Made by a program: the position numbers and the translations under genes. Below the pieces are notes generated by a model. It was given only the letters and a program-made list of their open reading frames with translations, did no database searches and was not told the DNA's origin. Shown here one piece after another: positions 25,496 to 38,629 of a DNA stretch of 64,000 nt. Source of the DNA: Calcarisporiella thermophila CBS 279.70 (taxonomy: Eukaryota > Fungi > Calcarisporiellomycota); assembly GCF_041956535.1 (NCBI RefSeq), contig NW_027192192.1, forward strand, positions 7,388 through 71,387. Direction: 5' to 3'. The first letter of the stretch is position 1, and each line of letters starts with the position of its first letter.

Positions 25496-25988
25496 ATGAC
25501 CATTCCGCACGCAATGCAAACTCAAACTAATGGCCATTATTCAAATCACTTTCCGATCCATAACACAAAACCGAACAAGAGACGCTTGACAGAACGGCCC
25601 AAGCAGAGAGAAGGCCGAAAGCACCTGAGGCCGCCAGGGTTTTCAACTCAAATGGAATGCACTCATTGCGGTCATGTGGTCAGAACAGATATCAAGTACA
25701 AGGCGGGCGCATTTGCATGGCTGTCCGCCTTTGGGTTGTGAGTAAGCTAACACAGGCCAATATGAAATAAGTGTCTCTTTAATGCTAATCAACTTTCTTA
25801 GTCTGCTGTTTACGGTGGTGGGTGTTTGCATCCCTTTCTGCGTGGATGCCTTCAAAGGTAGTTTCGCGTTCCTCCTCTATGGCTATCACCGTAGAATAAT
25901 TTAATTTGTTTTTGGTATTATTTTGTTAGATGTAATACATGTATGCCCGAGGTGTAAGGGTGAAATCGGCCGTGTCTACAGAGTCTAA
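25496..25988 (+). CDS. LITAF-like zinc-ribbon protein, 3 exons
   Basis: MECTHCGHVVRTDIKYKAGAFAWL..CIPFCVDAFK|DVIHVCPRCKGEIG. Confidence 0.88.
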
Positions 25989-26836
25989 TGAAAAACAAAC
26001 ACACCCGGTGGAAATATTCTCTGAAGAACACTCTGGTCTACTTACAGTTTCCAAGGACGATTGGTACACGCCCCATTGACCTATTCTCAATATACTTTTG
26101 TTTTATTACTCTTTCCTTTTCATTTCATCCAGTTGTAACAACAGAATATCCTATTTGTTTGTTTCTCTACTCTATACCCCTTTGCCTTTGTTATTGTTTT
26201 AAGAACAGTTAATAAACACTAGGACCTATTCGGGCACCTTTTTTCCATTCCAAGGTGGTCCAGTCGGGCAAAGCGCTCTCCTGAATGCCCCGAGATGAGC
26301 ACATTTGAAACAGGAAGATTTTGGGGCGGGTGAAGCACGAAGACGCACTCGAGCAGCCAAACGATGCGGCGCGAGGGATGAGGCGAGTTGCAGGGAGAGT
26401 CGGGAAGAAAGCCTTGGAAGTTTGTCTCCAGCGTGCATTACTAAATATAGATTGATGAGTTATGATCCATGTGAAATTAATATACACATTTTGATTGGCT
26501 CATGAAAACAATTCCGATTGTGTTTCGATCGTGGTATAGTATAAAAAACAAGGAAGAGAAGAGCCTGCAATAGTACGGAAATAGGTGAAGTTTTATTTGG
26601 CAAATATATATACAAATATAATACAAAATGGATCATCATTAAAGAGAAGATGTAGTGAGTTCATGAGATACTAAGTAAAATCTAAGGAAATGCAATTAGA
26701 TATATAATAAATAATAGAGATAGGGTCTATGAGGGTGTGGGGACAAATATAGCTACTGCACTAAAAAATCGAGTTGCAGATTAAAAATTTACAAATCGAG
26801 GACCCATTCATGTTTTCCGGCTGACCTCTCTCTAAA

Positions 26837-27818
26837 TTATAGCTTACGGAATTCTTGTAATACTGGGAAGATTCGTTGGAATGCGGTATATATATCCTCC
26901 CGCAGCTTCGCCCCCGTTAAAACCACCTTGCCACTCACGAATATGAGTAGCACTACCTTGGGATTCATCATTCGGTAGACAAGTCCAGGAAAAAGCTCAG
27001 GCTCGTAGGAGCAGTACTGTCCGTGAGTAAGAGCAAATTCCTCGAGGCGAATCTGAAACTGGGCATCTTCATAGAAGTACGTAAGGTAAGATAAGCATAG
27101 CTGAGGCAAATTCCTTAGGGCTTAAGGCTACTTACCAGTAGTGGCGACTATATTTTGAATCTTGAAATCCATGAACTTGGCATCAAACCCAAGCTTTTGT
27201 ATAATCCTCACAAATTTTCTTGCCGCAAGTCGCGAATCTTCCTCTGATTTGGCACCCGTGACAACCATTTTACCACTGGTAAATATGAGCGCCGTTGTTT
27301 TTGGATCTCGAATTCGCATAATCACAGCAGCAAATCTCTAAAATCGAAACAAAATGAGAGCAGGATGTAAGCATTTAAGTGAGAAAAAAAAAATTGATCA
27401 AAAGCTGTACCTTTGGATTATATTCTGCATTGCGCGCATATAACGCAATGGCCTTGAGATCTAGAGAAGTTTGAAGATTCAGAGTAGCGACTAGATTTTG
27501 CAACGTAGGCATTGTTCTAGTGATGAGATTGGGCTGTTGGCCACCATTTCCGAATCCTCTATAAAATGCAATAAAATTCAATGTATGTTCCAAGGTTAAG
27601 TGTAGGTAATTATTAGATTATTATGATCCTATTTAAACAAAGTGAAAAATCAGATAATCAAGTGAAGATCCATACTCAAAAGAGTGTAGAGAGCTTGTGG
27701 TCTGATGATTCAAATGTGGAGTATTTATATTAGTCTGCTTCGCAGGAAGCACGAGATTGGCACTTGCTATTCCCGCAGGACAAGGAAGAGATGAAAGATC
27801 ATTGTAGATCGAAGGCAT
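26837..27818 (-). CDS. TBP: TATA-box-binding protein (divergent TBP / TBP paralog), multi-exon
   Basis: [76 protein letters not shown]. The N-terminal exon(s) are less certain. Confidence 0.9.
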
Positions 27819-28334
27819 ATTTGAGGAGCAGCAGATCGTTTGCGAATTGATTAAATTTTATTTAAAATGGATTGTAATTAAAAAGAGGGAGAAGATTGAA
27901 AGTTTCGAAGCTACTTAAATACTCGTTGATAATTGTCCTAAGCCACCATAGCCAATTAAAATAAGCTATTTTCCCGTAATTGGTGAATTGTTCAAATGAA
28001 AGAGTTGACTGCACGTTTAGATTCATTTGACCAGTGCAGGTCTACTTTTCATCCACGATGCTTAATTCCAGCCTATAACATACAAGGTGAAAAGTGAATC
28101 CACAACAAAGATAGCCGGATAAAGAATGTGTCTTATAATAACGAGAAAAGAAAAAGGAGCAATTAACATGATATAATTTACGATTCCAGTGCTAAAGATT
28201 TTGATTAAGGTCGTTCGCTTGTACACAATATCCACCCTCTCCAGTCAATCCGATCAAAAACTCAGTCCCATCTTATACAATGAAAATGATTCAGTTTGTG
28301 CTATCTTTAATGTAGCTCTTGTATATTGAGATAG

Positions 28335-30196
28335 TGCTTGGCTTGAAACGCGCTCAAAATGGCTACTTCTCTTGGACAACTTGGACAACAGAATCGCCAA
28401 ACAGCTATTTCAAATATTGCCTCACAAAGGTGGACATATCATTTTGACTACACGTGTTCCGATCCCATCTAGGTGTGCAACGATCATTAGTGTGGTAAAT
28501 ATGAAGGAAGAAGAGGCGCCCTTGGCACTGCTTGGTGAAGAGATGTATTCAATTGATAGGGGGGTACTCGGTTCCATAACGCGTACCAAATAGTTGCGCA
28601 GTTTGAGTTTATGCCACTTGCAATAGAAATTGCGCGCGCCTACATCGAAAACACCGCTTCTCTTTCCAGAGCTATCTTGATCAGTTGAAAAGGAATCGAG
28701 AAAAATTGCTTTCGTATAAGGATGAAGAGTCGCTAGGAAATTATCAGCACACAATAGCAACAGTTTGGAACATTTCTTTTGATCGTGTGCGAGAATTCCC
28801 GGCAACTGTGCCGATACTTGAAATTTGCACTTTTCTTCATCCAGATGAAATTCCAACACGTCTCTTTGAGCGTCAATTTGTTGCACTCGATCTTCACTCA
28901 AAGTCACAAACATTTTTAGACAAACTACTAGCATTTGAAGATGTCCGAACAGCAATAGCGGTATTGAACAAATCCTCGCTTGTCACAATTACAACTAATG
29001 AGGGCGACAGCAATAATAAGGAGATAGTATGAAATACATTAAAGATGCATCGACTCGTGCGTGAAGTGATCTATGCTAGAATTGAGGATGATAGAAAGAT
29101 AAATTGGGCACGGAAACTAACTAAAGTGCTCAATCTCGAGACAGAAGATCTAAATGGTTATAATACCAAAGACAGGCCAATTATGCAAATGTACCTTTCG
29201 CACATACGATATTTCGTGGAATTGCTCGAGAATCTCAGCGAAAGAGCTATGCATTGCAAAGACCTGGTTAAATTGTTGAATAGCACAGTATTATACCTGC
29301 GCGCAAATGGAATATACGATAGCATACGAAAGCTAGCTGAGCTTTCGGTAATCATCAGTGGAAATATTTATGGCCCTGAGCACCCCGACACAGCCTTATC
29401 GGTTCACAGTCTGGCCAGCCTCTACTGGAGTCAGGGCAAGTACGAACAGGCGGAGCCGCTGTACCAGCGAGTTCTCGCAATCCAGGAGAAGACGTTGGGA
29501 CCTGAGCACCCCAACATGGCCTTGCCGGTTAACAGTCTGGCCAGCCTCTACTCAGAACAGGGCAAGTATGAACAAGCGGAGCTTCTCTACCAGCGAGCTC
29601 TCGTCATCCAGGAGAAGACGTTGGGACCTGAGCACCCCAGCACGGCCTTGTCGGTTCACGGTCTGGCCATCCTCTACTCAGAACAGGGCAAGTACGAACT
29701 AGCAGAGTCGCTCTGCCAGCGAGCCCTCGCCATCCGGGAGAAGACGTTGGGATCTGAGCACCCCAACACGGCATCATCGGTTAATGGTCTGGCTAGCCTC
29801 TACTCAAAACAGGGCAAGTACGGACAGGCGGAGCCGCTGTACCAGCGAGCTCTCGCCATCCGGGAAAAGACGTTGGGACCTGAGCACCCCGACACGGCCT
29901 CATCGGTTCACAATCTGGCCAGCCTCTACTCAGAACAGGGCCAGTACGAACAAGCGGAGCCGCTGTACCAGCGAGCCCTCGCCATCCGGGAGAAGACGCT
30001 GGGACCTGAGCACCCCGACACGGCCTTGTCGGTTAACGGTCTGGCCAACCTCTACACAAATCAAGACAAATGTAAAGAGGCTAAATCATTGTTTCAACGA
30101 TCTTTGGAGATCCGGAAGAAAGCCCTTGGACCTGAGCATTCAGATACAATTGAATCTAGAAGCGCTCATACCCATTCGTTTTGTAATATATCCTAA
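28335..30196 (+). pseudogene. NB-ARC-TPR NLR pseudogene lacking the P-loop/N-terminus
   Basis: Walker-B WLLLLDNLD, IILTTR, FMPLAIEIARAYIE, VWNISF, MHRLV, then TPR repeats. Split over several frames (28372, 28685 and 29045 ORFs). Confidence 0.85.
29369..30124 (+). repeat. Six near-identical 126-bp (42-aa) TPR repeats
   Basis: LGPEHPxTAxSVxxLAxLYxxQGKYEQAEPLYQRALAIREKT units with very high mutual DNA identity. Confidence 0.95.
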
Positions 30197-31661
30197 TTCA
30201 GACCTACATTACTCTCACTATTCTTTCTCTTCCTTTCAAGGATTTCTTAATTCATCATCCACCAGAATATTTTCTCCCCCTTGAACTCTTTTATAAACCG
30301 AATGCAATTTATTTTTAATTATAGTATTCATAAAAATAAACCATTCGGCTGTAATTGCTTTAAATTTTATATACTCTTAACTGAATACTGCACACAGCAT
30401 TTTTTCTGAAACATGCTATTAAGGCCAACTCGTCGAAAATAACCATGATTTTCTGGTCACAGTTCAATTTCAGTCATAGCAAGACCATGATATCCTTCTA
30501 ATACCTCTATAAACTGGATGTAGTGAGCCACAGCGATCGCATAGTCGCACTGAGGACATTAGAATAATGCCCTCCCTCTCCTCTCCTACCAATATTATTC
30601 ACAAAGCGCAAGGGGTAAACCGCTTTGAAAGGAGCTTCATATCAGCACTATCTTCCTCTATCTCTTCGCCATATAATACTGGATCTCGCCTTTAACATTG
30701 TTATTGTCGACAGAAATTCTTATTAAAAGTATTCTCTCTTAGTATAATTTTCTAGCAATTTGTTAATAATTTTGCATTCAAATGGGGTTCAAGAGAATTT
30801 TCTATAACTGCAATACATTACAGAAATTCATTACAAGAGATTCTTAGTATATCGGAACAGGAGGTATAAAGATGGCATAGCCCTCTATGTACAGTATGGA
30901 TTACTAGATGGTTTTTCTCCCTCGTTTACTTCTCGCTACTTCATCTAGTTCTACAGGATTTTCGCGTCGTCTCCAGTTCAGTAAAGAAATCGCATGTATG
31001 CAGCCAACATCACCCATACTACCTCAGTAATATCAAGCAAACTTGAGAGTTGCTCTTTAGCAACCCTATCATATTATTCAGACACGTGTAAATTGGATTT
31101 TTACTCGCGTTCTGACTTCATTTTCCTCTGGATTTTTGGGAGCAAGCCAAGTCCGTGAGCCTTTGTTTTAAATTACTGTAGAATGCGAATCCGAGACTTT
31201 GAATAGTTAAAACTACAATCTATGAAGTAGCCATTTTGTTCCTTAGAAGTCCCCTTTCTTCGCAATATCCGAGTCTCTAGGCTATTCTTGTGAAATGGGA
31301 GTGCGATCCGGTGTAGCTGGGGTCTTCCCAACTTTAACGCATTTGCGGTCGAGCAACCGCATTTAACGGATCAGCGTTGGCGGCATTGCCGACCAATAAT
31401 ATGACTTGGCGTGTATATTGTCGGGAACCGTGTGAGAAGATTCAAATCAAATCTAAAATTCCTGTTTCGAACTCCGGGGGAAACCGTTTACGGCTCAATT
31501 TCGATCTATTAAAACTTAGCAGTATCGAATTGTATTCTCTTTTCTCAAAGTCCAATTCAAGTGATTTTATTTGCATCCTTTGTGAATTCGACCTCCTAAA
31601 CCCCTCCATTCTATTCGTCTCCCCGCAATCGCGAAATTTCTCATCCAGAAATCGGCTCTCC

Positions 31662-31823
31662 ATGCTTCCCATCGAACTGGTGCTTCCAAAGCAGTGCATC
31701 CAGCCTGATCAGAGTACGCACCTAGCGGAAGTCAGCGAGGAGATTATCTGCCCTGTTTGCGGAAAGCGCTTCAACAAGCATGTAGAGTTAGCAGCACACA
31801 TGCGCACTCACCCCGGCCACTAA
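31662..31823 (+). CDS. Small single C2H2 zinc-finger protein (start uncertain)
   Basis: CPVCGKRFNKHVELAAHMRTH at the end of ORF 31377..31823. ATG at 31662 chosen as the probable start. Confidence 0.55.
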   Translation: MLPIELVLPKQCIQPDQSTHLAEVSEEIICPVCGKRFNKHVELAAHMRTHPGH

Positions 31824-32263
31824 TCTCTCCCGTTTCTGTCCGGTAATGGGGATGATTAGCGCGTGGCCACCCTGGAATGTAAAAATTGTAAATTAGGCTT
31901 AGTCTAATATTTCACGTTGTGTTTCTACTCTTCTTTTTTTTTTTTCTTTTCTTCCTCTACTCCACCGTATGCTTTGGTACCACAGGCTTCCCCTCACCCT
32001 TATTGCTTACTCTTCTTAATGACCTCTGGCTACAATACTGTTGTAAAAAATATTATTCTTTAAACTAATCTAATTTTGAGGGAAAAATTGACTTTATTTT
32101 TAACATTCAAACCATAATCTTGAAAAATTAGAGATAGCACGATAAACTGATAAAGAAGTAGCCCTTTCCAAGAAGTAAATCCCAATATCCCCAGCATAGT
32201 CAAAAAAAACATAGGCAACCAATAAACCGATATCAGATCCAAATTGAGTTAGTCACTCTTCAT

Positions 32264-33515
32264 TCAAAATGCAGGTCCAAAACCGCGAGGCACCTCCCCT
32301 TGAGCGTCGCCCTCTGGTGTCTGTTAAATGCATCAGAGTTGAGATTTATTCCACTCGAGTAGTCAATGCAACTCTACTTACAACATAGGCTGCACAAAGC
32401 CCTCCGTCCACCTTGAAGTCCACTCCGGTGATATAGGAGGATTCGTTGGACGCCAAAAAGAGCGCCGCCCGAGCCTGCTCGATCGCTTCTCCAAACCGTC
32501 CCATAGGAACGTGGACAAGGCGTCTGTTCTTCTTCTCTGGAGTATCGAGGAAGTTCATGAGGAGTGGAGTGCGCAACGGGCCAGGGCAGAGGGCATTGAG
32601 ACGAATGTTTTCACGAGCGTGCACGATGGCGAGCTCACGGCTTTGAGAAAAAAAATTAGGACGTTAAAAAGTAGGCTACGGAACACCTTAAATGCAGCAC
32701 ACTCACGTCATGGCAAGCACAGCACCCTTCGAAGCAGTGTCTTTGAAAGTACCGTTATCGAGTTAGCGAGTGAGCTAGAAAAAGAAGGGGGCAGAGACTT
32801 ACATGCAAGCTGAGGGGTGGCCGCGCCCATTATTGCGACAAAGCTAGCCGTATTGATAATGCTTCCACCTTTCTCACCCTCGGGATTGGCGCGCATGGCC
32901 TGAATTGCATGTTTGCATCCATACCATACACCCTTCACGTTGATATTCATGGTCAAATCCCTATATAAAAGAAGGAATCAATTCATTGCGTTATTATCAG
33001 TGACAGCAACACGATATAGGATGTACCAGATTCTCTCAGAGGTGGTGATAGCATTATCATCTTCAGGATGCATAATTCCAGCATTATTGAACATGACATT
33101 CAGTTTTCCTAGATTCATGAAGCAACCAGTATAAATTAGTCGAGATGTGAAGAACTGGTAGAGGAATGGATCATTACCGAACTCCTTCACGGCAAATTCA
33201 ACCAAAGCCTTAACCTCCTCCTCTTTGCTCACATCTGCCTTGAAGACACGAGTGCGTTGCTTGGCCACATCAGAGCCAATAGCATTAGCAATGAGAGAAA
33301 CGGTGTTCTGGGCAGCTTCCACATTGATGTCTGCAAGCACTACACTGGCTCCTTCCTGTGCAAAGAGGCACGAGGACTCGAGACCAATGCCACTGGGTGT
33401 GAGAAAACAAGGTAGGATGATGAGCGAAGTAGGAACTCACCAAACACAAAGGCCAAATAGTTTACCTTCCGGCACCAGTGATAACGGCAACTTTTCCTTC
33501 AAGACGGCCAGGCAT
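32264..33515 (-). CDS. Classical short-chain dehydrogenase/reductase, multi-exon
   Basis: RLEGKVAVITGAG.GIG, MFNNAGIM, IINTASFVA, YTASKGAV, IRLNALCPGP, MGRFGEA, YITGVDFKVDGG. Confidence 0.92.
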
Positions 33516-33777
33516 GATTTCCGAGTGTCGCGATATATTAACAAGACAATGAAATGAATAAAAGGGGAGGAAAATGAACAAAATTATATTGAAAAAAAGC
33601 TTTGAACTTTTTAAAGGATGACACGTCGCCACCGAGGACACCCTGATTGCCCCCTCCCATTGGGTCATCTCAAATTTTGCTTTGACCGTGCCTTCAGATG
33701 ATCTTGTACAAAAAGATAAAAGTGCGAAGAAGAGCAGAGGAAAACAGCCGAGCGTAGAGTACAAGACGTCGCCTGGC

Positions 33778-34991
33778 CTAGGAAAACGCGCCCCTTTTTC
33801 CGTGCCCAAACCGACTCGACAAATCCGTCACGCTCTTCTGCACCATTGCTCGCCGCGTCCTGGAATCCACCACCTTCCGTGGAACATTGATATCCCGCTC
33901 GCGGTCCCACCCACGTGATGCTGGCTCTTCCTCCTTCTGCGACTTGGCCCGTTGATCACGGTGCATATCCATTAGACTGCGGGAGCGGTTTTGTAGCTAC
34001 ACATGGTGGCAGTTAGAAGGTGCGAGGATGGGAGAGTGGGAACTGTATCTGGCACTTACATTGTACTCTTCTATTTGGCGGGCGTACTCCAAGTCGCGCC
34101 GACTAAGCTGAGGTTCTGGCTCAGGTTCCTTGCGCTTAGAGCCACTTTGTGGATTCTCCTAAGATCAGATTGGAATACATAGATCCCATTTAACATCTCT
34201 CCTTTGTACAAAATTCCCATTAAGCATGCTCACTCTTAGTCGCTGCTCTCGTTCCTTTGGTGTCTCAAACCATTCTTGCGAAAGTTCAGCCTCTGTTGAT
34301 GTTTTGGCAAACTGCCGCGCCCGCATGGGCTGGCCGGCTACAGGAATTCCGCTAACTTTCTTCTCGGGGGCCATAGTCATCCATTCACCACGCTTTGGCT
34401 TAGAATCTTCCTCCGAAAATTTATCTGGCTGAGATAATCGATGTTAGTGGGGGGAAGTAGAAAGCAAACGTCAAGAGAGAAGTTTACTCTTTCGAGCTTC
34501 TGCTTCATACGAGCTGCACGCTCTTCGAACTCAGCAATACGCGTTTCCATATCCTAAATTGAGGAAGTAAGGTCAAAAGTCAAGTCTATTCTTCCAAATA
34601 TTAATGGAATTACATCTTTCTCTAGATTGGCTTCACTCGGAGGTGGCTTTGGACCTATAATGTCATCGTCGTCCTCCGCCGCATTCGCAATATAAGCTCT
34701 ATCCTCGTTGAGAGGAGGGGGCACAGCAGGGCCATACACCTTCCGGTCAGTCTTACTTTTTCGTTCTTCAATTAGATCTGGTGGTAGTTCAGGGCAGAAT
34801 GCAGCCTCATCGCTCTGCTCTTCGTCCTGCGTTCCAAATGGTTTGCTTTCATTTTCTGAAGAAGGCTTCAGGAAACCGGGAGGAAGCGCTGGACCGATGC
34901 CTACGTCTTCTTCCTCTTGAGCTGCTTCTTCGGGACTGTCTTCGCTCTTTCGGAGTAAATGTTCTGGGATCTGGGGTCCAATATTGGCCAT
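33778..34991 (-). CDS. GPALPP-motif / DUF3752 protein (GPALPP1-like), multi-exon
   Basis: IGPQIP, IGPALPP, GPAVPP and IGPKPP motifs; EWMTMAP, WFETP, WDRERDI, LSSRFGHG. Confidence 0.8.
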
Positions 34992-35602
34992 GATTAGCGA
35001 CGTTATCCTCCGGAAATAGTAGAAATGCGTTAATACAAATTAGTTTAGGCATACTTGTGTGGCTGCGCCACGGAAGAATGATTTGGACCTGTTTTGACCT
35101 TTTTGTGGTGCTTCAAAAATTATTTTTTTTTCCTCTTATTTACGAAATTATTTTATTTTGCCGATTAGTTTTATAAATTAAAAGATTCAAGAAAGAATCT
35201 TCGTTTTCCTTCTCCATAACCTTCTCACTTTTCTGAAATCTTCTCGTTTCCAAATTCATTGGCCCATCTCTCTCTAAAGGCTGTATACTTCCACCATCAA
35301 ATCCTACACGCAAGAGAAAGGGAAACAGAAGTTTGATCAAAAGAGGATATTGCTTGATTAACTTGCACATTCAGAAAAGGATAAAAAGTCAAGCAGGCAA
35401 GTGGGGTGACTCTCAAAGTGAAGCTTTAAAATCGACCTCGTAGGTATCCCTTCCCCCCCCCCCAACATCAAAGGGTTCAGAGCAAAAGAAAGGAATTCAA
35501 AAAGAATTGAAAGCGCGGGATACTCTGAATTTTTTTGGCCCAAAACGTCATTTGAAATTTTCCGATCCATTTTCAAAAAGAGAAATTCATACTGTCTCCG
35601 AG

Positions 35603-38332
35603 ATGGAACGCAGAGATCAGAAGCCTCTACGGCATCATCCATATTCTAACTACGACCCTGAACGCAGACGTGGCGGTGGATACCGCGGAAACGCAGGAGA
35701 CCGCTACATGCGGGATGATGGGTATGGTGGAGGAATGTATGGTGGTCGTGGAATGAAGCGTGGAGGTGGCCGGGGCCGTGGAGTTCGCGGCGGCCGTGGA
35801 AGAGGAAGAGGTGGGCATCGCCCCTATAATGAAGAAGAGCCGATGGAGGAGTGGAATGGTGCTGGCGGTGCAGAAGAGGAGTACTATCCAGAGGGTGCAG
35901 GATACGAGCATGGCTGGGAGCAGGGGCAAGAACATCTTCCCCAACAAGGAGCACCGGAAGATGGTGCATATAGAATTTTGTTTTTAAAAATGCTCTACCA
36001 ACACTCATCCCATCCTGTTTATATCTATCAAAATAGAATACGCACCTGGTGATGAAGATCCTGAAAAGAAACAGTTACCAGCCCATATTCAGTTCCGTAT
36101 TCAACGTGAGCGTCCTTGCCGGACGCTATTTGTACGAAATCTTCATGTAAATGATGCTTCTACTCTTGGGAAACTTTATAGGGTGACACAAGTCTGATCT
36201 TTGCGTTTTTTATTCTACAGCTATGGCAAGATGAAGAGGAAGTAGTTAATCTCTTCTCGCGATACGGTGAACTTAAAGACAAATTCAACCACATCAAGAA
36301 ACGGGGAATGATGTTCCTAGTCTATGTAAGTAATCCTGTGAAAATTAAATTTTTAAAGTCGTACACTTTCAAAAACTTGATTTGCACGAACCTCTTCTCG
36401 GGTGTGGACCCCTCCTTCAAAAATTGGCTCGCCTGATCATTTTTGAAGCTGAAAACTCACCTTTCACTGCATCTTGAGAAACAATTCCTAACACAAATAT
36501 CTCTCTCTTTTTCTCTTTTGCCTTGATTTTTTTTCACTCTGTTAAAAATTGGGGTTCATCCACATTACAGTATGACTTGCGGCATGCTGAGAAAGCGAAA
36601 GAAGAGTTACAGTCCTACGAATTGAACGGTCGAAAGGTAAAAAGCATAACTGAACAAAGCCTGAATGGGAAACACAAATACGAAATGATCTTTTTTCGCT
36701 AATATGCAAACCCATCTCAAATGACTAGTTGGATGTCCACTTTTCACTCCCGAAACAAAATGAACTTGAGAGCGTCAGGTGTGGACGGGACAAGAATCAG
36801 GGCACCCTCTTTCTCACATTACAGGACTCAAAGGAGCCTCTTGACAATGATGAACTGCACGAATTCTTCTCACAATTTGGAGACGTGAAGGTAGTACGAG
36901 AGTACAAAGACAGCCCCTAGTGAGTGTTGAAAAATGATTTTCTCTCTCGATGCTCCCCTCCCGTTGGGAACGTTGCCAAACCAAAGCAATCCAAACAATC
37001 TCATTCCTGTTTAAATTTATAGCCAACGATTCATTGAGTTCTATGATAGTCGAGGTTGCAATGCGGCATATGACGCAGTGCTAGGAAGAGAGTGGCATGG
37101 AGGAAAATTGGATGCCAAAATTACCTGGGATATATCCGCCAAGGACCGCGCTGAGCTGGCGGCAGCTCGACAGCGTGTCGAGGGCAAGTACCGGGAGCAG
37201 CGAGAAGGTGCGCGAGAGTGGGAGCGCTCTGATCGCGATCGATATGATGACCGAGAATGGGAACAGGGCGGTGGGCGTGGTTACGAGCGGGGGCGAGATT
37301 GGGAACGCGGTCCTGGGTACGAACGTGACGCACGGAGAGACTACTATGGGCGTGAAGAAGGCTACGACCGATATGGAGGCTATGACCGACGGGAAGGTGA
37401 GGCACAGGCGGGCACTAATTATGGTTGCAATCTAGTTAATTAATCTTGTATTATTGTTTTACAGATTTTGACCGACGTTATCCTCAAGGTGACCGGTATG
37501 GAGATCGTTATGGCTATGATGGTGTGTATTCCTTTTGACTTTTTATCCTAGTCCTTTACCAACCATTCGATCTTTTTTTATCATCCTTAGGCTCACAACG
37601 TTTCCCACCTCCAATGCAGCCTCCCAATCCGATGATGCCTCCTTACGCGCAGCCGCAACCACAGCAGCGGCCACCCGCCATCCCGGCAGCTGGTGCTGCA
37701 GCATTAAATATGACGGAGCAACAACGCCTTGAGCAGGCGCAAAAAGTCCAGCAGGTAAGAGTTCATTTTTCTCCCCCTCTCTCTCGAGAACCACCTCATA
37801 CTATTTCGATTTGTAGTTGCTTGCGGTGCTTGGTGGACAGGCCCAAAATCCTGCTCCCCCCAATACCCTTGCTACTCCTGGCCTCCCTGGATTCCCTGTC
37901 CCAGCGGCGCAACCGTACCCTGGGACAGCTCCTCTTCCAATGAATGCACAGCCACCCGTGAATCAGATAGCAGCTCAGACGCAGCAGCTGCTTCAGATGT
38001 TGGCATCGGCACAGCAGCAACAACAACAGCAGCAGCCCCAGCAGCCGACACCTCCTCAGCCTTCGGCCGCTCAACAGCTCCAACAGATGACCCCAGCACA
38101 ACTACAGAGCTTAGCACAGACACCCATGCAAGCCCTTTCACAGCATCCGCCCTCCTCAGCACAACCTCCACAGCAGTCCCTCACATCACAACCACAAGCA
38201 CCAGGCGCCACCGCCGCTGGAGCTCAAGTCGCGCAATTATTGCAATTAATACAACAGCAACAACAGCAGCAACAACGAACACAGCCGCCTCCAGGAGGCC
38301 AGAAACCACCCGTACTGGGGCCCCAAAAGTAA
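35603..38332 (+). CDS. RNA-binding protein with Mei2/AML-type RRM1-RRM2, RGG N-terminus, RD/RE-rich and Q/P-rich C-terminus, multi-exon
   Basis: PCRTLFVRNL, RGMMFLVY|YDLRHA, NGRK|LDVHFSLPK, KNQGTLF, RFIEFYDSR match Mei2-like RRM1/2. No RRM3 seen; polyQ tail. Confidence 0.8.
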
Positions 38333-38629
38333 CCAGATCATGTTGTTATCTCTCCACTTTATACACCCTTCACCTTTTGTATCATGCAATTTACTCCATG
38401 GAATTTATTTTTCTTTTTGTTTTCTTTGGTTGGGTATGGTGCCTTTCTTTTTTATCAAGGAGGTTTGGTCTTTTTTATAATTCTTTTCTTTTATTGAATT
38501 TCCTAATATATATACTTTATCAATGTTACTTTCTAGTAATAAACTCTTTTCAATTATGTACTCTTTTTTTTTGGCTCGTAGCAAAAAGATAAAAACTGTT
38601 TAAGTATATAAATGCATACAGTTTACTAG

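Noticed and set aside
26220-26440. GC-rich patch with short hairpins, possible ncRNA or small ORF
   Set aside because: Stems are only ~6-7 bp, and I could not match RNase P/MRP, SRP, snRNA or tRNA consensus motifs.
29369-30124. Regular direct repeats as a possible CRISPR array
   Set aside because: They are 126-bp in-frame coding TPR units with no repeat-spacer structure, and the context is eukaryotic.
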